From contig JBMORA010000030.1 in assembly GCA_049320885.1 (NCBI GenBank), forward strand, positions 58,570 through 122,569: 64,000 nt of DNA, written 5' to 3'. The notes under the pieces are model-generated. The model saw nothing but the letters and a program-made list of their open reading frames with translations. It was not told where the DNA came from and made no database searches. The DNA comes from Thermodesulfobacteriota bacterium (GTDB taxonomy: Bacteria; Desulfobacterota; Desulfobacteria; Desulfobacterales; SURF-7). Made by a program: the position numbers and the translations under genes. Positions 1 through 9,366 of this stretch are shown in pieces; position 1 is the stretch's first letter; every line of letters begins with the position of its first letter.

Positions 1-315
1 TACAGCAAGGTGGCGTTGACGACCATGGAAGAAATGGCGGTGGATGAGATGGGCCTCGTCCATGGCGGTTTTATCTTCGGCCTCGCCGATTACGCGGCCA
101 TGATTGCCGTGAACCATCCCCATGTGGTTCTGGGAGCGGCAGATGTCAAATTCACCAAGCCGGTCAGGGTCGGGGACACGGTTACGGCCGTTGCCCGGCT
201 GGAGAAAAACGAAGGCAAGAAACAATCCGTATCCGTCACGGTTTCCAGGGCATCCGAAACGGTTTTTACCGGCAATTTCATTTGTTTCATTCTGGAAAAA
301 CACGTGCTGGGCTGA
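1..315 (+). CDS. PaaI-family hotdog-fold thioesterase, probably 5'-truncated by the window edge
   Basis: GLVHGGFIFGLADYAAM and VKFTKPVRVGD motifs; reading frame is open from base 1. Confidence 0.85.
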   Translation, partial: YSKVALTTMEEMAVDEMGLVHGGFIFGLADYAAMIAVNHPHVVLGAADVKFTKPVRVGDTVTAVARLEKNEGKKQSVSVTVSRASETVFTGNFICFILEKHVLG

Positions 316-322
316 CAAACCA

Positions 323-1723
323 TCACTTCCTGCGCACCCGCACCAGTTTGCGGCGCTTCTGGGGGCTGTCGCCGCCGGCCGGAGGGGGGATCGGCGGTCC
401 CAGATGATTCTGGGAAAAGGAGCAGGTGGCCCGCGGGCATTTCAGGCCGACGCGGTCTTGGGCGGTGAATTCCACCAGGAAGCTGTTCCGGCATAGCGGG
501 CAGGAAAAGGCATGCGGTTTCCCCCAGCTGATGAACCCGCAGTTCCCGTTGGAACAGGTATAATATTTCCGACGGGTTTCCGTTTCCTCCATGCGGATCC
601 TGCCGGTGTGACATAAGGGGCATTCCATGGCCAGGTTTTCCTGGAAGGCCTCGATTTTTTTCTCTATGCCGGGCAGTTCGTCCCCATCCGGCGGAGATTC
701 CGTTTTCTTTTCCTGCAAGCGCATTTCCGCTTCCCGGGCCTGGATTTCCAGCTCCCGGGCTCTGATCTCGGCTTCCCGGGCTCTGATCTCCGCTTCCCGG
801 GCGGCGATTTCCGCCGCTTTCATTTGCGCCTCCCGGGCCGCCAGTTCCGCCGCTTTTTGCTCCGCTTCCAGGGCCGCTTGATGAGCCGCCGCCGGCCCGG
901 AATCCGGTACATCCCCGACGGCCGTTCCGTTCACTGGAAACTCCGGTTCCGACTCCGGCTTTTGTTCCGGCTGCCCGGCAGGCTGTTCCACCGGCCGCTT
1001 GGGAAACAACTCCTGGACCGCCACGGCGCCAGACGGACGAACGCTCTGGTACACCTTGGGAGTCGGAACGGCTTGCTCGTCGCGGCTTCGCAATCTGGAC
1101 AGGCGCTCGGTAAACGCGGACTTCACGTCTTCCGATATTTTCCTGGACTCAAAGGATCCGACGACTTTGTCCACATGTTTTTTCAGGGTCTCTTTTTCGT
1201 TTTGCTGCAGTTTCTGTTTCGACAGGGGAATACCCTGGGACAGGAGGGTCTGGTCGAACTGTTCGAGAGCATCCTGCAGTTTTTTCCGGTTACTGATCAC
1301 TTCGTTGATCATCTGCAGGATGTACCCCACCAGGTTCAATCCGGTCATTCCCGGGAAAAGATTGTCCAGGAAACTCACCAGCGCGAAGGCGGAAATCTGG
1401 GCATGGTAGCGGTCATCGTCCAGGATGGCCACGTACCCGTGCTGCACCAATGTCTGAAACGAGAGCATCAGGTCATCATCGACCTCCAGTCCGATGTCGG
1501 CCAGATCGTCGAAAAAGGTTTCCCGGGTGTAACGTTTGGGGGGAGATGCCGGAAATTTGCGGATTTCATTCTCCCGTTCCACGATCAACAGGAGACAGGA
1601 AATGGATGAAAGCGTGAATGTAACGGTGTTCGCAAGGGTCTGCAGCTCCAGCAGGCGCTGAATATGCCTGACGATCACCGCGTCGAATTGCGCCCTGACT
1701 TCCGCGAGCTCTGTCTGTTCCAT
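323..1723 (-). CDS. Hypothetical protein with coiled-coil (AREAEIR repeats) and C-terminal topoisomerase-type zinc ribbons
   Basis: 466 aa ORF; CPLC..YYTCSNGNC..CPLC..KCPRATC at the C-terminus; no topoisomerase catalytic core recognised. Confidence 0.7.
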   Translation of the reverse strand: MEQTELAEVRAQFDAVIVRHIQRLLELQTLANTVTFTLSSISCLLLIVERENEIRKFPASPPKRYTRETFFDDLADIGLEVDDDLMLSFQTLVQHGYVAILDDDRYHAQISAFALVSFLDNLFPGMTGLNLVGYILQMINEVISNRKKLQDALEQFDQTLLSQGIPLSKQKLQQNEKETLKKHVDKVVGSFESRKISEDVKSAFTERLSRLRSRDEQAVPTPKVYQSVRPSGAVAVQELFPKRPVEQPAGQPEQKPESEPEFPVNGTAVGDVPDSGPAAAHQAALEAEQKAAELAAREAQMKAAEIAAREAEIRAREAEIRARELEIQAREAEMRLQEKKTESPPDGDELPGIEKKIEAFQENLAMECPLCHTGRIRMEETETRRKYYTCSNGNCGFISWGKPHAFSCPLCRNSFLVEFTAQDRVGLKCPRATCSFSQNHLGPPIPPPAGGDSPQKRRKLVRVRRK

Positions 1724-1733
1724 TGGATTGTTC

Positions 1734-2153
1734 TCAATCCTTGTTTATTTCGGTCATCATCTCGGCTATCTGGGATGCCATCTGGGAAACCTGCTGATTG
1801 GCGGGATCCCCGTTCGCCTCAGCACCGGGGTCATCCTGCACAGTTTCCGATTTCCGGTCTTCATCACTGTACGCTGAATCTCCCTGACGATCAACGGCCG
1901 TCACCTCGATGCATTCCCCTTTTCTGTCGAATAAAACCGAGAGCGCGACTTTTACATCAAATTCAAGCCGGTAGGCAATTTGCTCGTTGTGAACGACCAA
2001 ATCCCCTTTGCGATACTCGATTTCATCCTGCAGACCGAGATGGTATTTTTCGCGGAACAGTTGTTCGATGGCCTGCCAGTCCAAATCTCCGGTAATGGCG
2101 TCGATCAGCTCTTTTTCACTGCTTTTGATGGTTTCGGAATCGGTGATTTTCAC
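1734..2153 (-). CDS. Hypothetical acidic protein
   Basis: 139 aa ORF with GTG start and GGAGA RBS; packed between ParA and the zinc-ribbon gene. Confidence 0.7.
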   Translation of the reverse strand: MKITDSETIKSSEKELIDAITGDLDWQAIEQLFREKYHLGLQDEIEYRKGDLVVHNEQIAYRLEFDVKVALSVLFDRKGECIEVTAVDRQGDSAYSDEDRKSETVQDDPGAEANGDPANQQVSQMASQIAEMMTEINKD

Positions 2154-2174
2154 TGGTTCTCCATGGCAAAAAGA

Positions 2175-2942
2175 TCAGTTTTTATATATTATATTGATAA
2201 GTTCCACCGAAAAATCGAGATAGGACCGAGCCCCCCGGCTCATGATGTCATGCAGGTGAACCGGGCGGCTCTTCATAAAAGACTCCGGAACCGCTTTGTC
2301 ATGGGGGATGCGGGTTGTGAAAGACGGTAGTCCGCCGGGCAAGCCATCGTCGGAGATTGTCCCCGCCTGGGGCTGATGCCCGCCGGTATCGGCAACCAGG
2401 ATGCCGGCGATCCGCAATGCCGGATTCAACTCTTTCTGGACGATTGCGACCACGTCCTGCAAATGCCGCAGCGCGGCGATTCCCCGGGACGTGGGTTGAA
2501 ACGGAATGACCAGCCAATCCGCCGCGGCCAGGGTGCAAACCGTAAAAAAGCCCAGGGTGGACGGCGAGTCCATTACAATGATATCGAAGGAGGGCGAGGA
2601 TTTCCGGGCCAGTCTGCTCAGAATCATTTCTTTGCCGGGCTTCACGGCCAGTTTATACTCGGCCTGAAACAAATCAATCCGGGACGGCAGAATATGGAGC
2701 CGGTCCAGCTCCGTCGCCTTCATGATATCATCCGGCAGGGCCTGACCCATGAAGGCGTCATACAGGGACGGCCCCTGATCCATATCCGGAATCCCCAGCC
2801 ATTGTGTGGCCGCGGCCTGGGGATCGCAGTCCATCAGCAGGGTCGTTTTTTCCATCAGCGCAAAGGACGCCGCCAGACTGACGGCGGTAGCGGTCTTGCC
2901 GCTTCCGGCTATTTGGTTGGATATGCAGATGATTTCAGTCAT
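2175..2942 (-). CDS. ParA/Soj family ATPase with atypical Walker A
   Basis: SNQIAGSGKTAT, LLMDCDPQ and IIVMDSP motifs; start placed at ATG 2942 (MTEIICIS). Confidence 0.85.
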   Translation of the reverse strand: MTEIICISNQIAGSGKTATAVSLAASFALMEKTTLLMDCDPQAAATQWLGIPDMDQGPSLYDAFMGQALPDDIMKATELDRLHILPSRIDLFQAEYKLAVKPGKEMILSRLARKSSPSFDIIVMDSPSTLGFFTVCTLAAADWLVIPFQPTSRGIAALRHLQDVVAIVQKELNPALRIAGILVADTGGHQPQAGTISDDGLPGGLPSFTTRIPHDKAVPESFMKSRPVHLHDIMSRGARSYLDFSVELINIIYKN

Positions 2943-3156
2943 ATTGTTTTTTACCACACAAATGAATATTTGGGAAGACGGTTTTCCGGAGAGCGCCGGG
3001 AAATCGCATTCAAAAGGCCAAACAGGCACTCCTTCATCCCTGCTGGAAGCAGCGGCCGGGGGAAAAGCGGCTGCTTGAACAATCGCAACAACTATCGTAT
3101 ACTCCGGTTGTCTGTTTCCCCGCGACCGTTTTCTGCGCTTTCACCCGGGGCCGCGA

Positions 3157-4878
3157 TTGGTTGGATGCCGTGGGAACGGCCGGTCCGAATCCCGAGGAGG
3201 CTGCTTGCCGTCTTCCATATCCCTTGAAGGTATTGATCTGGCCATCGCCCATCTGAATTATCGCAATGTCCACGCGCCCAAATACAAACTCATTCACGCC
3301 ATCCGGCGGTATTATGATTCCGCCGACGCCATCCGAAAACTCCGGCGCATCGACACGGCAGAACTGATCCGGCTCATCTGGGATCTTGGTGACGATCCGG
3401 ATCTGATCAAATCCAAGCGGAAAAATTTCAACAGCATCCGTTCCACCGTGAACGCCGACCTCCTGAATCTGTATCGCGACGATAAAAATCCCGAAGGGAT
3501 CGCCATCTCCGCCGACAACATCTTCGAAATGTCGGACAGCGCCAAGGATGAACTCCTTTCCTCCTTTTCCGACGCCGTTCAATCAGGCGGCGGCGCATCC
3601 CTGAAAAAAATATCCGAGGTGCTGGGCCTGCTGAATGAGCTCCTGACGGAACCGCAAAAACTCACGGAAACGGATTCAAGGGACGAACTGCTTAGGATCG
3701 CGGAACTGGTGAAAGGCTTGTCCCAAAAAGTCGTCGGCGACGGTGGGGCGGACGTCCGCCCCGGCGAGTCGCCATCCGGTCAGACCGACGACCTGGAAAC
3801 CGTGGACGAGGACGAGATCGTCGAGGTCGACGAGGACCTGGTGGAGACCCTGGAGGAAGAAGCGGCCGCCGACGCTCCGGCCGACGACCTGGAAACCGTG
3901 GACGAGGACGAGATCGTCGAGGTCGACGAGGACCTGGAAACCGTGGATGAAGACGAGATCGTGGAAGTCGATGAGTGGCCTCCTGGTGACTTGGGCGCCG
4001 AGGTCGGCATGCCGTTCGGCCCCGCAGATGAACACCGCCCTGAACCGGACGATGATCTCCTGTCGGAACAATTTGACGGGTATCTGGGCGCCATGGAACG
4101 CTATTACAACCAGTACATCCATGTACCCGCCGGCGAATATACCATCGGGAGAAAGCGGCCTCACACCAACGAATTGCCTCTTCAGCAGGTCTATCTCCCC
4201 GGTTTTTACATGGGCAAATACCCGGTGACCAATGCCCTTTTCGAGGTCTTCGTGGAAAAAACCGGCTATGTAACCACAGCGGAAAAAAGAGGCTGGGGGA
4301 TCGTGTACGTCGGACGCTTCCGGAATGACCGGGACCCCAAAACCGGCAAACGCAAGTCCCTGTGGAATACCAGCACCCAAAAAAATCAGGTCCAGGGAGC
4401 GTTCTGGTATCAACCGGCGGGTCCGGGCAGCACCCTGCATCACAAACGCAATCACCCGGTGGTCCAGGTCAGCCTGGCCGATGCCCGGGCCTTTGCCGCC
4501 TGGACCGGGAAAAGACTGCCCGGCGAGCTGGAGTGGGAGGCCGCCATGCGATCGGATTCGGCTTTCGTCTATCCCTGGGGCAACGAATGGCGTGAAAAAA
4601 ACTGCAACACGGAAAAATCCGCCGTGGCCGACACCACGCCCGTGGACCGGTATCCCGAGGGCCTCAACTCCTTCGGCATCGCCGACGCCATCGGCAATGT
4701 GCTGGAATGGACCGCCGACGAAACCAAAACACCCTTTGCAGCCGTTCGCAAGGCCGTGTACCATAGCGTGCGGGGCGGCAGCTGGATCTCAGGAGACGAG
4801 GTCACCCTGCTCACCCGTTTCCGGTTTGAAGTCACCTACACCTCCAACATTCTGGGATTCCGCTGCGTGGCGGATTGA
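3157..4878 (+). CDS. FGE-sulfatase (SUMF1-like) domain protein with acidic repeat linker; start uncertain
   Basis: YPVTNALF, HPVVQVSLADARAFAAW, RLPGELEWE, GNVLEWT, RGGSW and GFRC motifs. Confidence 0.85.
   Translation: MVGCRGNGRSESRGGCLPSSISLEGIDLAIAHLNYRNVHAPKYKLIHAIRRYYDSADAIRKLRRIDTAELIRLIWDLGDDPDLIKSKRKNFNSIRSTVNADLLNLYRDDKNPEGIAISADNIFEMSDSAKDELLSSFSDAVQSGGGASLKKISEVLGLLNELLTEPQKLTETDSRDELLRIAELVKGLSQKVVGDGGADVRPGESPSGQTDDLETVDEDEIVEVDEDLVETLEEEAAADAPADDLETVDEDEIVEVDEDLETVDEDEIVEVDEWPPGDLGAEVGMPFGPADEHRPEPDDDLLSEQFDGYLGAMERYYNQYIHVPAGEYTIGRKRPHTNELPLQQVYLPGFYMGKYPVTNALFEVFVEKTGYVTTAEKRGWGIVYVGRFRNDRDPKTGKRKSLWNTSTQKNQVQGAFWYQPAGPGSTLHHKRNHPVVQVSLADARAFAAWTGKRLPGELEWEAAMRSDSAFVYPWGNEWREKNCNTEKSAVADTTPVDRYPEGLNSFGIADAIGNVLEWTADETKTPFAAVRKAVYHSVRGGSWISGDEVTLLTRFRFEVTYTSNILGFRCVAD
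3787..3975 (+). repeat. In-frame repeats encoding (D)DLETVDEDEIVEVDE, three copies
   Basis: 54 bp copies at 3787-3840 and 3883-3936; a diverged third copy ends at 3975. Confidence 0.9.
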
Positions 4879-5780
4879 GGCTCATGAATCCATTTGACCC
4901 GCTGATCGACCGGTATGTGAATTACCTCTTGATCGAAAAAGGGCTGTCCGCCAACACCATTTCCGCCTACAGCGCCGATTTAAGCGCCTACAGCCGTTTC
5001 GCCTCCGAAAACGGAATCACGGGGGTCGAAGGAATCGATCAGGCCGCCATCCTGAAATACATGATCGAAATGCGCCAATCCGGCCTGAATGCCAAATCCA
5101 GGGCCCGGCACCTGGTGACCCTGCGTGGTTTTCATAAATTTCTGCTGAATGAAAACATCCTGGCCCAGGATCCCACAGCGGCCCTGGATTTACCAAAGAC
5201 AGGCCTGCGCCTGCCGGAAGTCCTTTCCGTTGACGATATCGCCAGGCTTCTGCACGCACCGGACCAGGAAAAGCCGCGGGGGCTGCGGGACAGCGCCATG
5301 ATCGAGCTGCTGTACGCTGCCGGCATGCGGGTGTCGGAACTCATCGGCATGAAGCTGCAGGACATCAACCTGGAGGCCGGCTTTGTCCGGGTCTACGGCA
5401 AGGGTGACAAGGAACGGATCGTGCCCGTCGGCAGCTATGCCCGGGACAAGGTCCGGCGCTACCTCCAGGAAGCAAGGCCCTTGCTGCTGAAAAAAGCAAG
5501 CAGCCCCTATCTGTTCATCGCCTGGGCCGGAAAGCCCATGACCCGCCAGGGGTTCTGGAAACTGCTGAAAAAATATGCGGCCCAGGCCGGCATCGAAAAG
5601 GAAATCAAACCCCACTCCCTGCGGCATTCCTTTGCCAGCCACCTGCTGGAAGGGGGCGCGGACCTGCGCTCCGTGCAGATGATGTTGGGCCATGCCGACA
5701 TCTCCACCACCCAGATCTACACCCACGTGGCCCAGGACCACCTGCGGAAAGTTCATGATACATATCATCCGCGGGGTTGA
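4875..5780 (+). CDS. xerD: Site-specific tyrosine recombinase XerD
   Basis: EKGLSANTISAY, RDSAMIELLYAAGMRVSEL, HSLRHSFASHLL, LGHADISTTQIYTHV, HPRG C-terminus. Confidence 0.93.
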   Translation: MRLMNPFDPLIDRYVNYLLIEKGLSANTISAYSADLSAYSRFASENGITGVEGIDQAAILKYMIEMRQSGLNAKSRARHLVTLRGFHKFLLNENILAQDPTAALDLPKTGLRLPEVLSVDDIARLLHAPDQEKPRGLRDSAMIELLYAAGMRVSELIGMKLQDINLEAGFVRVYGKGDKERIVPVGSYARDKVRRYLQEARPLLLKKASSPYLFIAWAGKPMTRQGFWKLLKKYAAQAGIEKEIKPHSLRHSFASHLLEGGADLRSVQMMLGHADISTTQIYTHVAQDHLRKVHDTYHPRG

Positions 5781-5889
5781 GAGGACAGAACGGTAGCCCC
5801 CGGAAAACCTCCCGGCTGGGCTTCCATGTGTTTCGTGATGATGCAGACCTTTCCCGGTTTGACGGAATCAAAAAAATGGAATTTTTTTC

Positions 5890-5919
5890 TTGACACATGC
5901 ATTTGTGCGCACATATAAT
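5890..5919 (+). promoter_or_regulatory. Consensus sigma70 promoter of the ars operon
   Basis: TTGACA (5890-5895), 18 bp spacer, TATAAT (5914-5919). Confidence 0.8.
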
Positions 5920-5926
5920 CAGAACC

Positions 5927-6289
5927 ATGAAAATACAGCCCCGCATAAAGACAAGAGATGAAGTTATAAAAGAATTTTCCGAAGCCTATGATGCCCGGTT
6001 TTTCAAAACCCTGGCTGAGCCCGTCCGTATCCAGATTTTATCTTACCTGATGCGTAACGGACGTTCTGATATTGGCTCCATTACGGAAAACATGCCTCAG
6101 GACCGGTCCGTTGTTTCAAGGCATCTGAATCAAATGCATGCGGTCGGCATGTTGTGTTGTGAAAAAGAAACCCGGCACGTGTATTACACCATTAACGCCC
6201 AGACATTTGTTGACAAGCTGGAACGGTTCTTGACATTAATCAAGGAAAGTATTTCCGTCTGCTGTCCGCCTGATTGCTGTTCCAAATAA
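5927..6289 (+). CDS. arsR: ArsR/SmtB family repressor with C-terminal CCxxxCC
   Basis: FFKTLAEPVRIQIL and RSVVSRHL wHTH motifs; CCPPDCC tail; upstream of arsM. Confidence 0.85.
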   Translation: MKIQPRIKTRDEVIKEFSEAYDARFFKTLAEPVRIQILSYLMRNGRSDIGSITENMPQDRSVVSRHLNQMHAVGMLCCEKETRHVYYTINAQTFVDKLERFLTLIKESISVCCPPDCCSK

Positions 6290-6356
6290 GACGGAAATTT
6301 TTTTGGCCATATATATGCATTAATGCACACTTTTACATAATATAAAGGAGTGAAAA

Positions 6357-7139
6357 ATGAAAACCAAAAACCAAATTTCAGCGAAGGCGTCATGTCAGTC
6401 AAAAGTCTGTATCCCCTCGTATGTGATGATGACGCTTTCCATTGTGCTGGGAGGCTTTTCCATACTTCTTTTCGTTGTGTTCCTTTATGCCGGATTGCCC
6501 AGTCAGATCGATTTGGGACTTGATGAACCGGCGAATCTCTATGTCAACACCCTGCTTTGTCTTCTTTTTTTCTTTCAACACAGCCTCATGGTTCGCAGCA
6601 GTTTCCGTAATTGGTTATCGGGTTTTATTCCCCGGGATCACCTCAGCGCAGTCTTTTCGATTTTTTCCGGATTGTTTTTATTGATCCTCATGCTTTTCTG
6701 GCAAAAATCAACCTCCTTCCAGGTTGAGCTGGATGGAGCGGCTTACTGGTTCATGCGCGTCTTGTTCTGGCTTTCCATCATCGGCTTCTATATCACCTCC
6801 CGTTTTTTGCGGCCTTTTGACCCCTTTGGCATCCGGGAAATTGCGATCCATTTACAGGGCAAAACCCCAAGGGAATCCTTCTTTACAGTGCGCGGGAGTT
6901 ACCGCTGGGTCCGGCATCCGTTATATTTATTCTGCCTACTGATGATATGGGCGCAGGTTTCCGTGACCACGGACCGCTTGGTTTTCAACAGTCTCTGGAC
7001 CTTATGGATCATCACCGGCACTTTTCTGGAGGAAAGGGATCTGGTCGCTTCTTTTGGCGATGCGTATCGAAACTACCAGCGCAGTGTGCCGATGCTGATT
7101 CCATATAAGTGGCGCCCCTGGAATCAAGATAACAAATGA
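6357..7139 (+). CDS. Integral-membrane methyltransferase, ICMT/MddA-like
   Basis: Several transmembrane segments; QHSLMVR, YRWVRHPLY and EERDL..FGDAYRNY..VPMLIP motifs; AAGGAG RBS. Confidence 0.75.
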   Translation: MKTKNQISAKASCQSKVCIPSYVMMTLSIVLGGFSILLFVVFLYAGLPSQIDLGLDEPANLYVNTLLCLLFFFQHSLMVRSSFRNWLSGFIPRDHLSAVFSIFSGLFLLILMLFWQKSTSFQVELDGAAYWFMRVLFWLSIIGFYITSRFLRPFDPFGIREIAIHLQGKTPRESFFTVRGSYRWVRHPLYLFCLLMIWAQVSVTTDRLVFNSLWTLWIITGTFLEERDLVASFGDAYRNYQRSVPMLIPYKWRPWNQDNK

Positions 7140-7158
7140 CCCCCAATTTTAAAGGAGA

Positions 7159-8028
7159 ATGGCAATGAATCAGAATGAAAGAATTAGGGAGATGGTTAAA
7201 ACCGCTTATGGGAAAGCGATTGGTTTGTCCCCAGGCAGTTGCGGTTGCGGCTGCAAACCGTTGAATGAAAAAGGTTCCATCGCCGGCATGGCAGGTTATG
7301 AACAGACGGATATCGGTTCGCTGAAATCCGATGCTGCCGCCAGTTCTTTTGGTTGCGGCAATCCCCTGGCGTTCAGCGGCGTCAAAAAAGGAGATACAGT
7401 TTTGGATCTAGGAAGCGGCGCCGGTTTTGACCTGATTCTGGCTGCCAAAAAAGTCGGGCCAGGCGGTCGCGTGATCGGCGTGGATATGACCGAAGCCATG
7501 ATCCAGAAAGCGAGGGAAAATATCCGGAAAGAGGGATTGACCAACGTGGAAGTCCGGCAAGGACTGATCGAGAACCTGCCGGTTGAATCCGCGTCCGTGG
7601 ATTGGTTGATTTCCAATTGTGTGATCAATCTTTCTCCGGAAAAAGCGCGTGTTTTTTCGGAAATCCAGCGGGTGCTCAAGCCCGGCGGGCAAATGTTGGT
7701 GTCGGATATCGTGGTGAAAAATCTGCCGGACTGGTTACGCCAGAACCATCAGATATATGCCGCATGCGTGGGTGGTGCCATCAGCGAAGAAGATTATCTG
7801 GCCGGACTTCGTGAAGCAGGCCTGATGAACGTGGCAGTTCGAAACCGGTTCGTCTATGAAGCATCCCAGATCAAAGCGTTTTTTGAAACAGGGGAAATAC
7901 CTGGCCTGAAAGAAATGATCAATGACATTTCCACACAAAACCGCGAAAATCTGATCCGGCAGATGACAATGAATGCGGTCGGGAATGTTTGGAGTGCCGA
8001 GTTCTATGCACAAAAAAAAGGAGAATAA
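7159..8028 (+). CDS. arsM: Arsenite S-adenosylmethionine methyltransferase
   Basis: SFGCGNP, VLDLGSGAG, ISNCVINL and ACVGGA conserved Cys motifs. Confidence 0.9.
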   Translation: MAMNQNERIREMVKTAYGKAIGLSPGSCGCGCKPLNEKGSIAGMAGYEQTDIGSLKSDAAASSFGCGNPLAFSGVKKGDTVLDLGSGAGFDLILAAKKVGPGGRVIGVDMTEAMIQKARENIRKEGLTNVEVRQGLIENLPVESASVDWLISNCVINLSPEKARVFSEIQRVLKPGGQMLVSDIVVKNLPDWLRQNHQIYAACVGGAISEEDYLAGLREAGLMNVAVRNRFVYEASQIKAFFETGEIPGLKEMINDISTQNRENLIRQMTMNAVGNVWSAEFYAQKKGE

Positions 8029-8029
8029 C

Positions 8030-8110
8030 ATGAAGAGATCAAGTGACGAAATCATCAACCGAATGATCCAATTGCCAGGAAACAAATACAATTTCAGCCA
8101 ATCGTCGTAA
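8030..8110 (+). pseudogene. 26-codon stub, possibly a truncated fourth ars-operon gene
   Basis: AGGAGA RBS and ATG directly after the arsM stop; MKRSSDEIINRMIQLPGNKYNFSQSS*. Confidence 0.35.
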
Positions 8111-8119
8111 TATCCGGAA

Positions 8120-9364
8120 TCATCCGCCGAAGTCGTCGTAGCGGACCATCTCGTCCTCGACGCCCAGGTCGAAGAGCATCTTCTTCACCGCATCGAGCAT
8201 GAAGGGGGGACCGCAGACATAGTACTCTATGTCCTCCGGGGCCGGGTGCTCCCTGAGGTAGTTCTCGTAGAGCACCTGGTGGATGAATCCGCGGAAGCCT
8301 TTCCAGTTGTCCTCCGCCATCGGCTCCGAGAGTGCCACGTGGAATCTGAAATTGTTATGCTCCTTCTCGATGTCGCGGAACTCCTTCTCGTAAAAAAGCT
8401 CCCGGAGGGAACGGGCGCCGTACCAGTAGCTCGCCTTTCGCTTGGTCTTCAGGGTGTGAAACTGGTGGAATATCTGGGAGCGCAGGGGGGCCATCCCGGC
8501 GCCGCCGCCGATGAAGATCATCTCCCGGTCCGTTTCCTGAACGGCGAAGTCGCCGTAAGGGCCCGAGACCATCACCTCGTCGCCGGGTTTGCACTTGAAA
8601 ATATAAGACGACGCCATTCCCGGGGGCAGCTCCCTGAAGGCCTTCCTTGCGGGATCCCAGGGGGGCGTGGCGATGCGGACGTTGAGCTTGATGATGCTTC
8701 CCTCGGCTGGGTGGTTGGCCATGGAATATGCGCGGTTTATCACCGAGCGGTTTTTCGCCCGGATGCCCGTGAGGCCGAGTTTCTTCCAGTCGGCATGGAA
8801 TTTCTCGGCGATGTCGATGTCGCTTCCGAAGTGAATCTCGTATTCCGGCACGTCTATCTGTATGTAGGCGCCGGGCTCGAAATCGAGTTTCTCGCCGGGT
8901 GGGAGGGCCAGGACGAACTCCTTGATGTAGGTCGCCACGTTTTCGTTGGAGACGACGCGGCAGGCGTACCGTTTCACCGAGAATACCTCGTCGGGAACGC
9001 GGATCGCCATGTCCTCCCGGACCTTCACCTGGCAGGCAAGGCGCCACCCCTCACGTTCCATCTTGCGGTTGACGTAGTTCTGCTCAATGGGAAGGATTTC
9101 GCCGCCGCCGCTTTCAACGCGGCACTTGCATGTCCCGCAGGTTCCCTTGCCGCCGCAGGCGGAAGAGAGGAAAATGTTTTCCCCCGCCAGGGTCGCCAGG
9201 AGGGACCTCCCCGGTTCCACGGTAAGGGCCTTCGAATCGTCGTTATTGACGGTTATCATCGCCGTCCCCCTGCGCACCAGCTTCTTCTCGGCGCCCACGA
9301 TAAGGGCCGCCAGGAGGAGGATTATCACCGAGAAGGCCATCGCGGCCATGAGGACCGTGATCAT
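8120..9364 (-). CDS. nqrF: Na+-translocating NADH:quinone reductase subunit F
   Basis: SSACGGKGTCGTC 2Fe-2S motif, RLACQ, RAYSMAN, GGGAGMAP, CGPP, DDFGG end. Confidence 0.95.
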   Translation of the reverse strand: MITVLMAAMAFSVIILLLAALIVGAEKKLVRRGTAMITVNNDDSKALTVEPGRSLLATLAGENIFLSSACGGKGTCGTCKCRVESGGGEILPIEQNYVNRKMEREGWRLACQVKVREDMAIRVPDEVFSVKRYACRVVSNENVATYIKEFVLALPPGEKLDFEPGAYIQIDVPEYEIHFGSDIDIAEKFHADWKKLGLTGIRAKNRSVINRAYSMANHPAEGSIIKLNVRIATPPWDPARKAFRELPPGMASSYIFKCKPGDEVMVSGPYGDFAVQETDREMIFIGGGAGMAPLRSQIFHQFHTLKTKRKASYWYGARSLRELFYEKEFRDIEKEHNNFRFHVALSEPMAEDNWKGFRGFIHQVLYENYLREHPAPEDIEYYVCGPPFMLDAVKKMLFDLGVEDEMVRYDDFGG

Positions 9365-9366
9365 CT

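Noticed and set aside
323..1723. DNA topoisomerase I call
   Set aside because: Only zinc ribbons are present; no TOPRIM or catalytic core recognised
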